A stretch of DNA of 54,532 nucleotides, taken from assembly GCA_026025795.1 (NCBI GenBank), contig JAPEUG010000077.1:1-54532 (forward strand). The letters are read 5' to 3'. Position numbers and translations under genes: made by a program. The notes below the pieces were generated by a model. The model did not search any database. It worked only from the letters and a program-made list of their open reading frames with translations, and was not told where the DNA came from. Below, one piece after another: positions 21,583 through 34,229 of this stretch; the first letter of the stretch is position 1, and every line of letters starts with the position of its first letter. Origin of the DNA: Thelocarpon superellum. Lineage: Eukaryota.

Positions 21583-22206
21583 ATGACGACATCTCCACCA
21601 CAGGAGAATGAGGGGAACGACAGCACGATGGACCCAACCAGCGTCGCTGCATCTACTTCCTCCGCCTCGTTCCCAACGCTGGCCTCTTCACCCACCTGGG
21701 TCCTACTTGCACCTCCGCCAGCCGATCCAGACGACGGCGTCAACAATACCCGCTCCGACCTCCTTCACCTCTATTTCCTCTTCATCATCCTCGCCATAGC
21801 GCTTGGCTTACTAATCTACTGGTTCTACCGGCGGCACAAGAAGAGCAAGGCGCTTCAGATTAGACGACTTCGGCACGAGTCGTTGGCGCGCGAGCTGGCC
21901 TCGTGGCCGGGGCAACGAGACTGGGGTTATCGCCCGGGCGGGGGAACATTGATGGATTCTTTTGATCACGACGAAAGCGGATATTTGCCCGGAGACGCTG
22001 GAGCAGGGAGAGGTATTCCTGTTCAGAGGCTGGTAAGGGGACAAGCTTCTCGTGGACGCTTAGGCGGACGCTGGATCTATGGTGGATGGCGGACGGCGCG
22101 ACGATCGGAGATATCGGCCGTGGAAGAGGGCGTCGATGGACTCGACGAGCCTCCACCTCCCTATGCTGCAGACCCGATATCAACGCCCAAGACGTCCGAA
22201 GCATAG
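21583..22206 (+). CDS. Single-pass membrane protein with C-terminal PY motif (possible Rsp5 adaptor)
   Basis: Ser/Thr-rich N-terminus with N-glycosylation sequons (NDS, NNT), TM LYFLFIILAIALGLLIYWFY, basic stop-transfer RRHKK, LARELASW, and terminal EPPPPY. Confidence 0.75.
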   Translation: MTTSPPQENEGNDSTMDPTSVAASTSSASFPTLASSPTWVLLAPPPADPDDGVNNTRSDLLHLYFLFIILAIALGLLIYWFYRRHKKSKALQIRRLRHESLARELASWPGQRDWGYRPGGGTLMDSFDHDESGYLPGDAGAGRGIPVQRLVRGQASRGRLGGRWIYGGWRTARRSEISAVEEGVDGLDEPPPPYAADPISTPKTSEA

Positions 22207-24119
22207 GCTCCCACGGGAAGACGATGCATGACGAGGAAACAAGAGCGACCGAAGTTGGCGGAATAGAGAGTTTATTCATCGGGATCAGAAACACCATGTA
22301 CGATACACACAACGCACGATAATGCACGAATCAAATGACGAGCACGTGAGGGCGTGAGGGTAGCCAAGGCCCTTCAGAAGCCCCGGAATCCCAAGACGGC
22401 TACTCGTACCCCATCATCACCACCTCCATTTGACCGCCCGCTCTCGCTCCCTTCCCGACGTGTTCAGGTTCCCTTACTCGACTGAGCAAGCGAAGAATTT
22501 GGATCAGGATGTCCGAGGACATCATCCAGCATCGCCGTGCAGGTCAAGGCCGGGACGAAGAGTGGAGAGGCCGGCGGTCGAGAGTAGAGTGAAGACCGTC
22601 CGAATGGATGTCGCCGAGAGGGCTACACCCGCTGCAAAGCATTGGACGACGGTTGCTCCACCCACTGGTCCGCGGAGAAAGGAGAGACTGATAGGGGGGC
22701 AAGGATATCCCAAAGCGGCAAGGCCAACGGAGATTGTCAGGTTCGATAGTCATGGTGGTAGGGACGTCCCCAGACCCGGGCTCGACGAGCCTTTGTCTTG
22801 CCCTGGCCCGCGCGAAGTCTCAATTGGTTGGGGGAAGGACCCTCGTATACCAAGAGAAACCATCCGACATCTCCCAGCTGCCCAATTGCCGCTTCCACAG
22901 CCGGATCGATCCATCCGCCCACGGGCGTGACCCCCGCGAAGCCGATGGAAAGGCCTCCCACGAGTCCGCGGAATATCCATGAGTCCGGCACGTGTCGGAC
23001 TGCGTTGAGGACGAGAGGGAATAAGTAGAGATCCGAGATTATGGCTCTCCATAACTCTTGATGGGGCAACGGTGTAGCCATTAGTGCAACCTCAGTCCCT
23101 AGGTTGGGAGATACCACACGTCGCTGAGATCAACCCGTGCATTCGCAAGCTAACACTTCGTATCATCATTCACGACGGAGACAAGGCCGACACAATCACC
23201 CGGTTGAAATCTATCTCCAGTGAGCTCGTCGATCGAAAGTCCGCGGACCGCGGACTTGATCGCGTCACACATCCGAATGTCCGACTATCGCGCCGATGCA
23301 CAGCCCCAACATGCAAGCGCTCTCTCTGCCGCCGCTGTGGTACAAATTGGAAGGCTCATGAGCAGAAGCAAGCTACGGGGGGGCTTGATCCAGTAAGGAG
23401 CATGCCAGCGACGAAGTAAGGGGTCTCCGAATCCCAATTCAGACTGCAGGAGATTGGATGGCGACCGCCGCAGTCCTAATCGGGCCATGTGGCGCAGTCC
23501 CACGCCCCAAAGGAGAAATGCTAGCGTGGTGATGCTCGATCAAGTAGGCTAGCTCCCGTCACCCGACGTTGGCTGGGTCAAACAAAACGCCGACCCAAGG
23601 GCAGTCGCGGTGGGACGACACGATACGAGTAGTTTGCACGCATCAACGCGCCTATCACATCGGCCCACCATGTCGCAGCATCCAGGACCTGATGGAGATT
23701 CTGGACTACTGCGGTCCAGACCGGACCAAAACTTCCCAGATTTCCCGCGCTGCTCCTATGTCTAACCATGATGAGTCTGCTTCCCTCTGGCCCTGGCCAG
23801 GCCATCGCCATGCCTCTCCATGACCACGATCCCTGCCCTACCCTGCCATTCCATCCACACCTCGGGAGAACGTGTTGCCGGAACTGCAAAGCCAACCTAG
23901 CTCGTTTGTCGCGTCTGACCCCTCTGCCTTCGACGTGATGTTGTGAGGGGGGAACGGTGTAAACGGTGGAGATTGCTCCGGCGGACCAGCATATGAAGAA
24001 GGCCATGCCCACACTCCCACGCTTTTTTCCGTCCCAACTATATCTTATTGTCTCGAAATCGAATCTAACCATTCATCCATTCGTTCATTCGTTCTTCTAC
24101 CCCCACATTCATCATCACG

Positions 24120-25325
24120 ATGCGGCTCTCTCTCGCAGTCTTGGCCTCCCTGGCCACCACCTTCACCGCCGCATCTCCCATCGAGAGACGTGCTGGGATC
24201 GATGACGTGGCCATCTTGAACTACGCGCTGACGTTGGTATGAGCATACATCCATGCACCCGCGGGCATCAATCCATACTTACAGGCATGCAGGAATACCT
24301 CGAGCGGAAATTCTACGAGGAAGGCCTGGCGAACTACACGCACGAGGACTTCGTCAAGGCCGGCTTTCCCGACCCCTTCTACAAGAACCTCCAAGAGATT
24401 TACGTCGACGAGAAGACCCACGTCGACTTCCTCTCGACGGGCATCAAAGCCGCCGGAGGAGTTCCCGTCACCGAGGCTACCTATTCCTTCCCTACCACCG
24501 ACGCCAAGTCTTTCGTCACGCTTTCGTCCATCTTGGAGGGCGTGGGTGTCTCTGCGTAGGTGTTTCCATGAGTCATCCCTGCCTGTCTCGACGCTAATGT
24601 GGATACGTCCGATCCAGGTATCTTGGAGCAGCGGCCTCCATCTTGAACAAGGACTACCTCACAGCAGCCGGATCGATCCTGACGATCGAAGCGCGACACA
24701 CGTCATACATCCGGTCGCTGCTGGGCGAAGAGCCTTTCCCGACCTCCTTTGACGTCCCGCTCGACTTCGACGAGGTCTTCACGCTCGCGTCGGCCTTCAT
24801 CGTCAAGTTTGCCAAGAACAGCCCGGCTCTGCCCTTTCGGCCATTCCCGGCTCTGCCGCTTCTCTGCACGGAGCATTACGTATGTGTACCGTCTGGCTTC
24901 TTCTCGGTGGAGGCCCCTACTGACCGATGGCACGGAATCGTGTAGTATGAGGCAGGCTGTTCGACCGTTACCTTTACGGGAGCGGCCAAGTACGCCAAGG
25001 ATGGCGATATCTACGCTGTGTTTTTCTCCGGAATGAACGTGAGTGTTTTTCACCGTCCCCCTCAACAGTCGTCAAAAGCGGTTCATGAAACTCACCGATG
25101 GCGAACGCCAAACAGAAAAACTTTGTCAAAACCCGTGTCGATCACAACGACTTGAAGCTCGAATACGGCCATTCCATCCCGGCGGACGTGGCGGGACAAG
25201 CGTACATTGTGTTGTCCAAATCGGCCACTTCTGCCACCGACGCCGACATCGTCGCCGGGCCGGCGGAGTTGGAGGTTTATCCCGAGGGGGGCGCGCCTCA
25301 TCATCACAAGGCTGCTTGCTCTTGA
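24120..25325 (+). CDS. Secreted ferritin-like domain protein (Rds1/desiccation-related family)
   Basis: Signal peptide and ERR dibasic site. Motifs ILNYALTLEYLE..FY, DEKTHVDFL, ILEGVGVSAYLGAA, AAGSILTIEARH, IVAGPAELEV. Five exons with canonical introns. Confidence 0.92.
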
Positions 25326-25864
25326 TTCTTCGTCGCTCACTGCACGGATGGATGAATGGTGGGTGAATGTGACTGTGAGTGGGTCGGAAGGGAGAGAGAA
25401 GGATGAGGGGTGAGGGATGAGGCAAGCGGCAAGAGGCAAGACGTGTGATTCTTATCCCGTAAATAATGTCGAGGGCGTTTCAGAGGATCACGTTGCGACG
25501 TCACGTTAGAGATACCAGTACACGTTTGCGCACAGGCGGCGTATCAGGAGAACGAAAGGTACCATTCATTCTCGAAGTCTGAATGACATTTCACTTCGTC
25601 TCATTCATCTGTCCCCTACATGCGCCGTACCGGGACATGGAACAAACCTGGCTTGAAATGACACCCATCCAGGTCAGATGCTGCAAAACAAAGTAAAGCA
25701 AAGTGAAGTCAAGGCAAGTCAAGACAGATCTCGGTGTCTGTGTCTTTTCGCCGCGCCAGACGAGCCGAGCCGCAATCCCAATGCACACATCACATGCAGT
25801 AGGAAGAAATCGAAGAGAAGACCACTCCGCACGCGAGATGGGGTTCGTTCGTCCGTTCGCTCCT

Positions 25865-26836
25865 TCAGCGATGATTCGTGACAGGATGACTGCCGTTCTG
25901 GCATTGAGTGGAGTTGTAAGCCCAAAGTTCCTGCGCATAGGCCCAGTAGGCAAAGGGCACGACTTCGCCTTCATTCCGTTTCAAGCCTTTGAAATAGTCA
26001 AAGCTATATTTGCCGGCAGATACCACGGTGTCTTGAGGGACATAGAATAGTCCACTTCGATGTTGTGACTCCATGGTCCATTCGTTAACGGGCGGGGGGG
26101 GGGCTGGGGGGTGGGCAGTGAGCGCGGACTCGGCCAGCCATTGCAAAACCCATTGGCTGCGTGTCCACGGTCCCCAGCTGCTGGATCCCGTCGGCGTGTT
26201 GCACACCATGTCATCGTAATCGGACTTGGGCGCCGCGAAGAACAAGGGCGCGCAGAAGGCCCCGACCGGTATGATCGTGTCGTTGTACCACAGGCCCGTC
26301 TCGCATGCCGAGCAGTGAGCCTCGAACGGAGAATCGCGCATCATCTGGTAGATCTCGCGTACGTGCGACGAGTTGCTGTTGGCAAAGTAGCTGCGCGCGG
26401 AATTGCGTGCGTCAGCGCCGATCGATCTTGCAGCTCAGTGGGGCGGGACTTACAGATCCCAGATGGTCTTGTTGAAGGCCACCTCGGTCATGTTGCCGGC
26501 CACGTTCAGCACCAGGTCGATCATCGCCGTCGCGGTTTGCCGTGTGGCGTTCAGCAAGTCCATCTGCTCCTGGCTACAGCTGGGCACGGACTTGGTACTG
26601 CTCGCGAGGCTGACATTTCCCTCCTGCCCACCTGGAAACTGCCGGTCGACTGGACGGAGGCCTGCAGCTTGCCAGGGATCGCTGGAGCTTTGACCGCCAG
26701 ATCCAGAACCTCCAGAGCTCCCGCCATCAAAGCTGTCTCCGCCAGCCATTTGGCTACTTGGCGTATCAAGAGGGGATGTTTGGGAGGTCACGAGATGGGC
26801 AAAGCCCGCGAGGGCAACCAAGAAAGATCGATGCAT
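25865..26836 (-). CDS. Secreted glycoprotein with an M35/deuterolysin-like scaffold but no HExxH
   Basis: Signal peptide MHRSFLVALAGFAHLVTS, intron 26453-26391 (GTAAGT...GCTGAC...CAG), several N-x-S/T sites, six Cys, and TATATAA near 26964-26970. The fold assignment is an inference from residue spacing. Confidence 0.7.
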
Positions 26837-28389
26837 GGTGGGAGAACGAAGGTGCTTCCTGCTACCTTTGCGGGCAAGAGAGAGGTAAAGACAACGATTG
26901 AATCTTCGGAAAGATGAATGACGCTAACGGGAAAAGACGCAAATTTCAGAGGAAAAGCTTGGATTTATATAGGTCACAAAGGATAGGCGCTGAGAGAGCT
27001 CAGAAGCCCTGAAGCCATGCCTTTGATCCACCCTTACCTTTGGCGAGGCCCGAGCTCTGAAGCGCATCGCTATTCGATAAGCAGATGGTGGAGCAAGGAT
27101 CGCAGATGGCGTACTGGTACCTGGCATGTCGTGGAATCACGACCCCCCGGCCGCCGACTGTTTGTCAAGGCATAGCCGTGGGTGGTGGGATTGTGAGCAA
27201 ATACGAGGGCATGGACCAATGCGGCATATAAATGGCACGTCTCGGGCCAATCGCGGTCGATCAACGCGGCGTTGAAACGTCGTGAATGAATCGTCATGCG
27301 GATATCGAGCTGAGCCGTACCGCACACGTACTCGGCCCGAATACCTGCCGCTCTCCAGCGAATCATGCGGACGCGACCTTTGCCAACGGCCAACGCGACA
27401 TGTCCCGCCTCGTTACGCTCAACGAAAAGTGGTCTGCCCATCCGCCTTCCATACGAGTCTAGATGGAAATCCTTCCTTACCAGCACCCAAGCACAATCTA
27501 TGGAGAGCTCCCCGTCTCCCGAGTGGTTGGTCTGGAGTAGTCCAAATCATGTCAGCATAGAATTCCAAAGTATTACGGGGTGCCTCCAAGCGCAATGACG
27601 AAGTGTCGACGTTCCGAATCAGGTGATCAGTGTTGCAAATCCACCGTACCGAACCGACCGAGCCTTACGTATGCCACAGATCTCCATGCCACAAGCACGG
27701 CATTCGGAGAAGCTTGTCAGACTTTCTCGGAGAAAACATCAGAAACGTCCTTGACGCCTTGATCGAGTACGCCATTTCGAATCTCAGCAGCCATTAGTGA
27801 GACGTCATGTAGCTATGCTTGCTGTTCCTGAGCATTTGCAACTCTTACGACCTTGGGTTGTACTGTAGATACCTTGCCCCTCATTCTCGGGCAGTCGTCG
27901 ACCACCCTTCTCATCGTCCACGGCCGTGCATCCACCGGGCTGGGCGGCGTGACCGAGATGGCATCATGCATAAGGCAATATGGTGGCGCAGGAGTCGCAG
28001 AATGGCATATTCCCCCGCTTTTCTCCCAAGCGTCTGGCCCCTGCATGATGACATGACGCTGATTCGAGGCGATCCGTTATAGGTCCAGGAGGTTTCTGCC
28101 TGCGTTATCATCGACCATCGACATGTCGCCAAGCATCGTCGAGACCGTCGGCAACAAGAGACCGGCATTACGAGACATGAAACGTGGACGAGGAAGGATC
28201 CCATGACATGCTTCCCACACATTGTCGTTCTTGAGATCAGAATGCCCCTCAATCCTTCAATTTACCAGCGTTGTTGCCAAGGCAGACGAGCATGCGCGAC
28301 GACGGAATGGGAACTCCAACTAGGTTAGTCAACTAATACAACGCTAGCCTCCCAGCATATTATTCAAGCACCCTGTGCAGCCGTACCCT

Positions 28390-30238
28390 TCATGCCCCGG
28401 GCATCCGCGAGCTCAGCGTAAGCACAATGAAGACCACCTTATCGTGCTCATCCTTGACCGGCGTCCAGTGCGTGACGAAGCGGACGTCGAAGCGCTTGGC
28501 CATGGCATGGTGCGGTTCCAGCAAGCTCAGTTCCACCGACACGGCCCGGCCCTCGGACAAAGGCTCGCGGACCTTGTATTTGAAATCGCGTGAGATGGAC
28601 GTCGCGTGCGCGCTGAGCACCTTGAACACGTCTTTCCCCACAAACGACGTCCTCACCGGTTCGTCGACAGTGAGCAGGTCCATGATGCCCTGAGAGTAGA
28701 AGAGGATGTAGAGATCCGAGGTCAAGATCAGGTACTGCCACCCGAGACGTGCGTGAGCGGGAATCCTCATACGCGCGGTGGAAACGAGGGCATCAGACGT
28801 ACCCTGGAGTAGGCGGTATAAAACATGCGCATCTGCCGATCGAGCGTCATCTTCTCGATGCGACCCAACAAGCCTTGCTCCATGCCCGCCTCCCGCACCT
28901 CCACCCGCTTGTCGCTCTTGTGGGTCTTGAAGTGCTTCAGAAACTGAAAGGGGCCACTGGACGAGCCCCTCGGGCTGGTCACGGCCGCCTGCTTGTCGTC
29001 ATCAACGTCTTCCGACATGGAGAGCACGCGCAAGATGTCCGTCCGATTGTGGATCGTGGTCGAGCAGTTGATCTGGGCGCCCAAGAAAAACACCACGTGG
29101 CCCTCAGAATTGAACAGCGGCGCTGGCTCCCACGTTAGTCTCCTCCATACCCGCCTTGGGTCCGGCGCGAAGCACGAGGCGAGACGTACCGACGTAAAGG
29201 AGGTTCCAAAATGGCTCGCCATTCTTCTTGTAGTTGAGGAGCAGTTCGACCGACTCCTGTCGCGCGCGAATGGCGTCGCGCAGTCGCGTAACCGCCTCGA
29301 GATCCGTGTTGTCGCCCTGCAGGAAGCGGCAATTCCTCGGCACGATGGCCGTTCGCGGGTACCCCGTGACGCTCACGAAGCCGTCGGAGGCGCCGATGAT
29401 GGGGTTGTCCGCTTTCCTACACCCCCATCGCTGTCAGTCAAGGCTTCGCGCTCGGGGAGTGCCAGGGACCCTTGACGGCGCCACGTACGATGGATCTGTC
29501 AAGCAAAAGCAATCGCCCAGTCCTTGGTACTTCGTCTGCTCCGACGACATGGCCCGCGTCGCGCTCAGATTCATCTGGTATCGGACGAAGCGGGGGAAGA
29601 TGTCGGACAGGAGCAAGCGCTCGATGTACTCTTGCGACTCGAGAAAGATGTTGCTCATCGCCAGCAGGCTCGACGTCGTGTGCTTCTTGATCCCCGCGTT
29701 GATCGAGTCCATCATGGTTGGCGCGATGTTCAATTGGCGCGGCGCATCGACCGAAGTGAAGTTGGTGTGAATCTCCACCAAGCTCTTGGTCACGGCCTCG
29801 ACCAGGGCATGGTATTGATTGAGCTGTCCCCACCCTCATCTCAGTTCACGCTTCATGACTCGCCGCCTGAGCTGGACCGACGCCCGCACCTTCTCCAGGA
29901 ACTCCATGTTCTCCCCGCACATCCGCGCTTGGCTGAACTTCAGCAGCTGATGCGCCGTCGTCGGATTGTGAAGCACCAGCTGGAAGACCTCGCTGCTAAA
30001 GAAATCGGCGAACCCCGTATTCCCGACGCCTTGGCCTTGGGAGTTGGAGTACTTGGGCGGAGGCCCGGCGCTGACTTCCTCTTCGCCAGTCAGCCGTTGG
30101 CCTGGCAAGGGGTAGACTGCATCATGTCCGGTGCGGCAAACGAATCCTCATACCTGCGCCCGGCGACCCCATTCGCTTTCGTTCCGTTCCGAGATCATAG
30201 CTCTCGGTCCGGAGCACCTGCCGATTGATGAGGGACAT
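28390..30238 (-). CDS. RGS-LOV-DUF blue-light photoreceptor (BcLOV4-type)
   Basis: RGS segment DFFSSEVFQLVLHNPTTAHQLLKFSQARMCGENMEFL. LOV domain GLGDCFCLTDP...DNPIIGASDGFVSVTGY...PRNCRFLQG...LLNYKKNGEPFWNLLY...FFLGAQINCS. Then EQGLL, FYTAYS and a C-terminal THWTPVKD domain. Six exons. Confidence 0.93.
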
Positions 30239-30631
30239 GGTGGACGTTGGGGATCACCGTAACAACATGAACAGCAGCAGAGAAGCTTAACAGGGTTGTC
30301 TGTCAGAAGGCAGATGCATGACAACAGAGGAGGAAGGCCCCGTCTTATCTGCAGGAACGTTGGAGGCACGGAGAACGGCTTAAGCCTGCTTTCGCTGCAT
30401 ATGCGTGGTCATGAAAATCCAGGGTGCGGAACTCTTCAGCCTCATAATGGTATGGTACTGGTAGCTGCCTTCCCACAGCTGCGCGGGGAGACGTGCCGCA
30501 TTGTCGCGTGCGTGACCGCGCCGCGGCACGGTGGGCCAATGGGCGGTGCCAGACCCACCATGAATGCCCCGCTGCTTGAAATCGGGGCCCTGGACCCCTA
30601 GGACAAGCCACGAATCGATGGTCTAGCGTGC

Positions 30632-30659
30632 GGCGTACCCAGTTGGCGTACCCAGTTGG
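30632..30659. repeat. Perfect 13-bp tandem duplication
   Basis: GGCGTACCCAGTT x2 plus GG, upstream of the RGS-LOV gene. Confidence 0.8.
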
Positions 30660-32557
30660 ACCAGCCGTCGATCTCTGAAAGTAAGATACGCCTCGATCTC
30701 GTGTGGACGGAAGATGGCAGACAGGCATCCGATGACGAGTCGGACGACCTTCCACTCGACTGAGGGGATTGGTGGACTTTTTCGTCCGCTGACTAGTGCG
30801 AGCCTTCTAGCGGTCCGTCCACTCCTAGCGGTCCGCCGACAGTAACTGAACGAATACAAGCAGGGGGAAGGTTGTGACCGGGACGCGGCCTCCCCGCTCT
30901 CGCTAAGTGTGCCTGCCATGAGCGGCAAAGCCTGCGTCGCAGTGCGATGCCGGGAGCAAGGCCAATCGTAGCCTGTCCGTACCGAATGCGAGGCTCTCCG
31001 GTGGGACATCGGCGATCCAGGCGTCGGTACCTGACGTGACTAGGCACAGGAACTTTGCACAATGTCAATGCAGGGACGGCGTAGCGTGGTACGAACATCC
31101 CGTCCGCCCGGCCTCCTGGTTCGCAGAGCCTGGAGGATGAGAGTTGCGGTTCCAGGCCGGCGCAGCTGCGGAACGCAGCTACTGTTACAACTCCACCTGC
31201 TTTGGCGACGTTCCGGCACTCGCGGAAGAGTTATCCGTTCTTAGTCCTCTCATGAACGTCTACTTCGTCCTAGTTGAGTAGCTAGGTCAATTCTAAAAGC
31301 TGGTTCACCATCTCGTCCGACGTCACGCCACGCGTAATTTCGACCCCCGGGAATCTACCCGGAAGCTTCTTGGACTAAGGCTGGCCTAGAGCCATTGCTA
31401 TCTTTGCAGCTTTGCTTGGTCACACGGTGGCGCTCGAGAGCGAACGCCATAATCCGATAGGGACCAGATACAGTGAGCAGCATACATGTACGACAGTTTG
31501 CCGTCATCATCGTCACGGGGAAGGTTGTCTACACTCTGGCGTGACGCGGTGTGATTCTACTGGCATGGTGAGCTTCGAGTCCCATCATCCTACGCTACAG
31601 GCGCTGACCACCATCTTAGGGTAATCCCGGCTGGCTGCCCGCGCATCGTATTCGAAGCGAGGACCCTCGACCCGCGCCCAGCTCGAATCCGCGTTCCGGG
31701 CCTCGTCAGCGTCTTGGCCATGGCTCGACTAGCGGCGATAGAAGTGCTCCTTGGCGGCATCGGAACTTCGGAACAGGCATATGACATGGAACCAATCGGA
31801 GCTATCTTTGCGGTCGGTGCGAAATCGTGCTGGGCCTGCGGCGTCTCGATGTGGCTAAAAAATCTGGTCGTCTAGACGCCTACAGCCTGTGCGCGGGGGA
31901 CTAGCAAGGTCAGAATAACATACCATGTAGTAGTGTACCGCCGATGGGCGTCGCCTGCTGGTGCGACACCGCCATCAAGGAAGAGAGGCAAACCGTGACA
32001 ATCTGCAGAGGCTTATCGGAAGCTCGGCCGAGTGAGTCAGCCTGTTTCTTGATACCCGGATTCTGCTGTAGATGTGGACGAGGGAGCAGGGACCGAATCC
32101 AGGTACAATGCTCGAGGTAACAGGGTGCAAGGAATCACATTACAACACTCGCGTCACCTTTGTTTCATCAGCCCACGGATACGCAGTAGTACGACCTACC
32201 ATACGCTTCCGCTTGCGTAGCTTGTTCCGGCTCCTGCTATGATCGGCCTCGACGACACAAGCACCAACGATGCTCGGCCAAGATCGGTTCTGCCCTTCAT
32301 CCATAGCTTCCTGTCCTCGTACCGCGGTTCAGCCGGTGCCCATCGCTGTGCGTGGCTCGCTACCGGGCTTGCACCACACCATCGCATACTTTTATGCATT
32401 GAATGCCCGACTACTGACGCTCTCCCCTATGGTGATGGAAAAAAGAAAAGATGAAAACGGCTTTTTCCAACTCGATAGTATGCGCCTCGAAGTGTGAGGC
32501 GCCTGATGAACTGGCTCTAGATTGTGCCCCATCCACATCAGTCGCTTTTCCGGCCCG

Positions 32558-33502
32558 TCAGCCAAATTTGGATCTGGGCCTCTCCTGCAATACGCCGTCA
32601 ATGGAGAAGTCGAGCTTCTCGTTGTAGCCGCTGATCCTCCCAGCGATTTCCAAAGACTCTGACGTTGGATAACGGTACCACCAGATGATGTCTTTATACT
32701 CCTTGCCATTGACGGTGATGTTGTAGTACTAGATCGTCGGCGCGCTTAGCTTCGGTGGCGGACCTGGAACAAGAGACAGACATACCTCCGCAACGCCTTT
32801 ATACGGGCAAAGAGATGTGGTGGTGCTAGGCGAGGCAAGGGCCAAGTTGAGCTGCTCTGGCGTTAGCAAAGTGGCCGGAGCCGATAGGAATGGCAATCTC
32901 ACCGAGGGCTTAGGCAGGTAATATCTGGTAGGCAAGGTGGTCTCAAGCAAGATCATGACGTTGTTGCTCTCGGCAACCACCTGCCCATCAATGGAAATGG
33001 TCACCGTGCGGCTGGACGGGATGGTGTCAATCCGCTTGTACGGGTCTTTGGGATGGCCGTAAATTTCGCGATCTTCTTCGAACCAGGCATCTTCATCAAC
33101 GAAGCGACGATTAGAGCGTTTCCCTTCCGTCATTCGAGACGACTTCTCACCCATCGTACGGAACTCAAAGCGCACCAAGCCAGCCAATGGACCCTTTTCA
33201 AATAACAGGACCCGGTCGGTGCTCTTGTCCCCGACCTTCAGCGTTGCCGGGAACGCCGAGCCGTGCTTGTCAATCGGGTGCGACGCATGTTTCGTCACCA
33301 GGTTGGGCGCCACCGCGGCTAATGGCAGATAAAATTGTGGGTAGGACGGATGCTCCCATACGTGCACGGCCGAGGTGGTGTCCGCGACATAGGTGTTGTT
33401 GAACAGCGTGCGCACGCGGCGTGCTGTTACTTCTTGCTTGTAAGGGCCTGATGCCAATAGTTCGCCGGCCAATCTCACGAGGCTGTTGCGCATCAGCATC
33501 AT
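32558..33502 (-). CDS. DUF427 (NTP_transf_9) double-domain protein
   Basis: Motifs RRVR..FNNTYVADT, VWEHPSYPQFYLP, DAWFEEDREIYGHPKDPYKRID, ETTLPTRYYLP, CPYKGVAEYY, WWYRYPTSES, YNEKLD. Four exons. Confidence 0.92.
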
Positions 33503-34229
33503 TGGTTCCGTCCAACGTAGAGTAGGGCGAGAGGCCTACTCGGAGGCCATGGTGACGTGACCAGGGTTGTCGACGGTGCTCCGTAGCTCGAAGACGTCAG
33601 TAGCGGGGCAGGAGGGGCGTGGAACGAGCCATCTTTATAGCTCGTCGCTCCCGCCTCAACTCTGCACCTCGCCAGCGCCATCCGGCGTTTACTCAAGGAG
33701 GGGCGTTCCCTCTTCGTGGAGAAATCACAACGCAGGTCCTTGTCTGTCGAATTAATCAGCGCAGCGGACGGGATCCCATTATACTTGGGACCTTGGATCG
33801 GAACAGGGATACTATACCTGTTCCGATTGTGTGTCGGTTGATGCGTAATCACATTTTCGGCCGCACGAGTTGACGAGTGACAAAGCGACAGCATCGTAAA
33901 TACGCGACCGCGGGCACCGTGGGCACAACCTCTCGCGAGATTATTAACCAGTCTACCATGATGGGAAGACCTCCCTACGGATGAAGGGTATAGTCGCATG
34001 AGCCATGACGTATTGACAGTCTGGCACATGACCTTCACACACAGGCAGTCCACGCTCGTGGGTGACGGACGACAATGCTTTCGAAGAAAACAACAAACGG
34101 CGAAACCGAACGAAGTCATTGTCTCTCTAGCGTCTCTCCATCCCCGTCTTCGCACGTCACCAGTATTCCATTTTTGCACTATCGAAACTCGATTCCGAGG
34201 GACTTTTTTGGGTCCAAGAAGGGTTCGCT

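Noticed and set aside
5738..33150. Stop-free 3n introns (XRCC2-like, MGR3-like, ECH1-like, TFB5, two in DUF427) as regulated retention
   Set aside because: Short GC-rich introns often lack stops by chance, and nothing in the sequence indicates functional retention.
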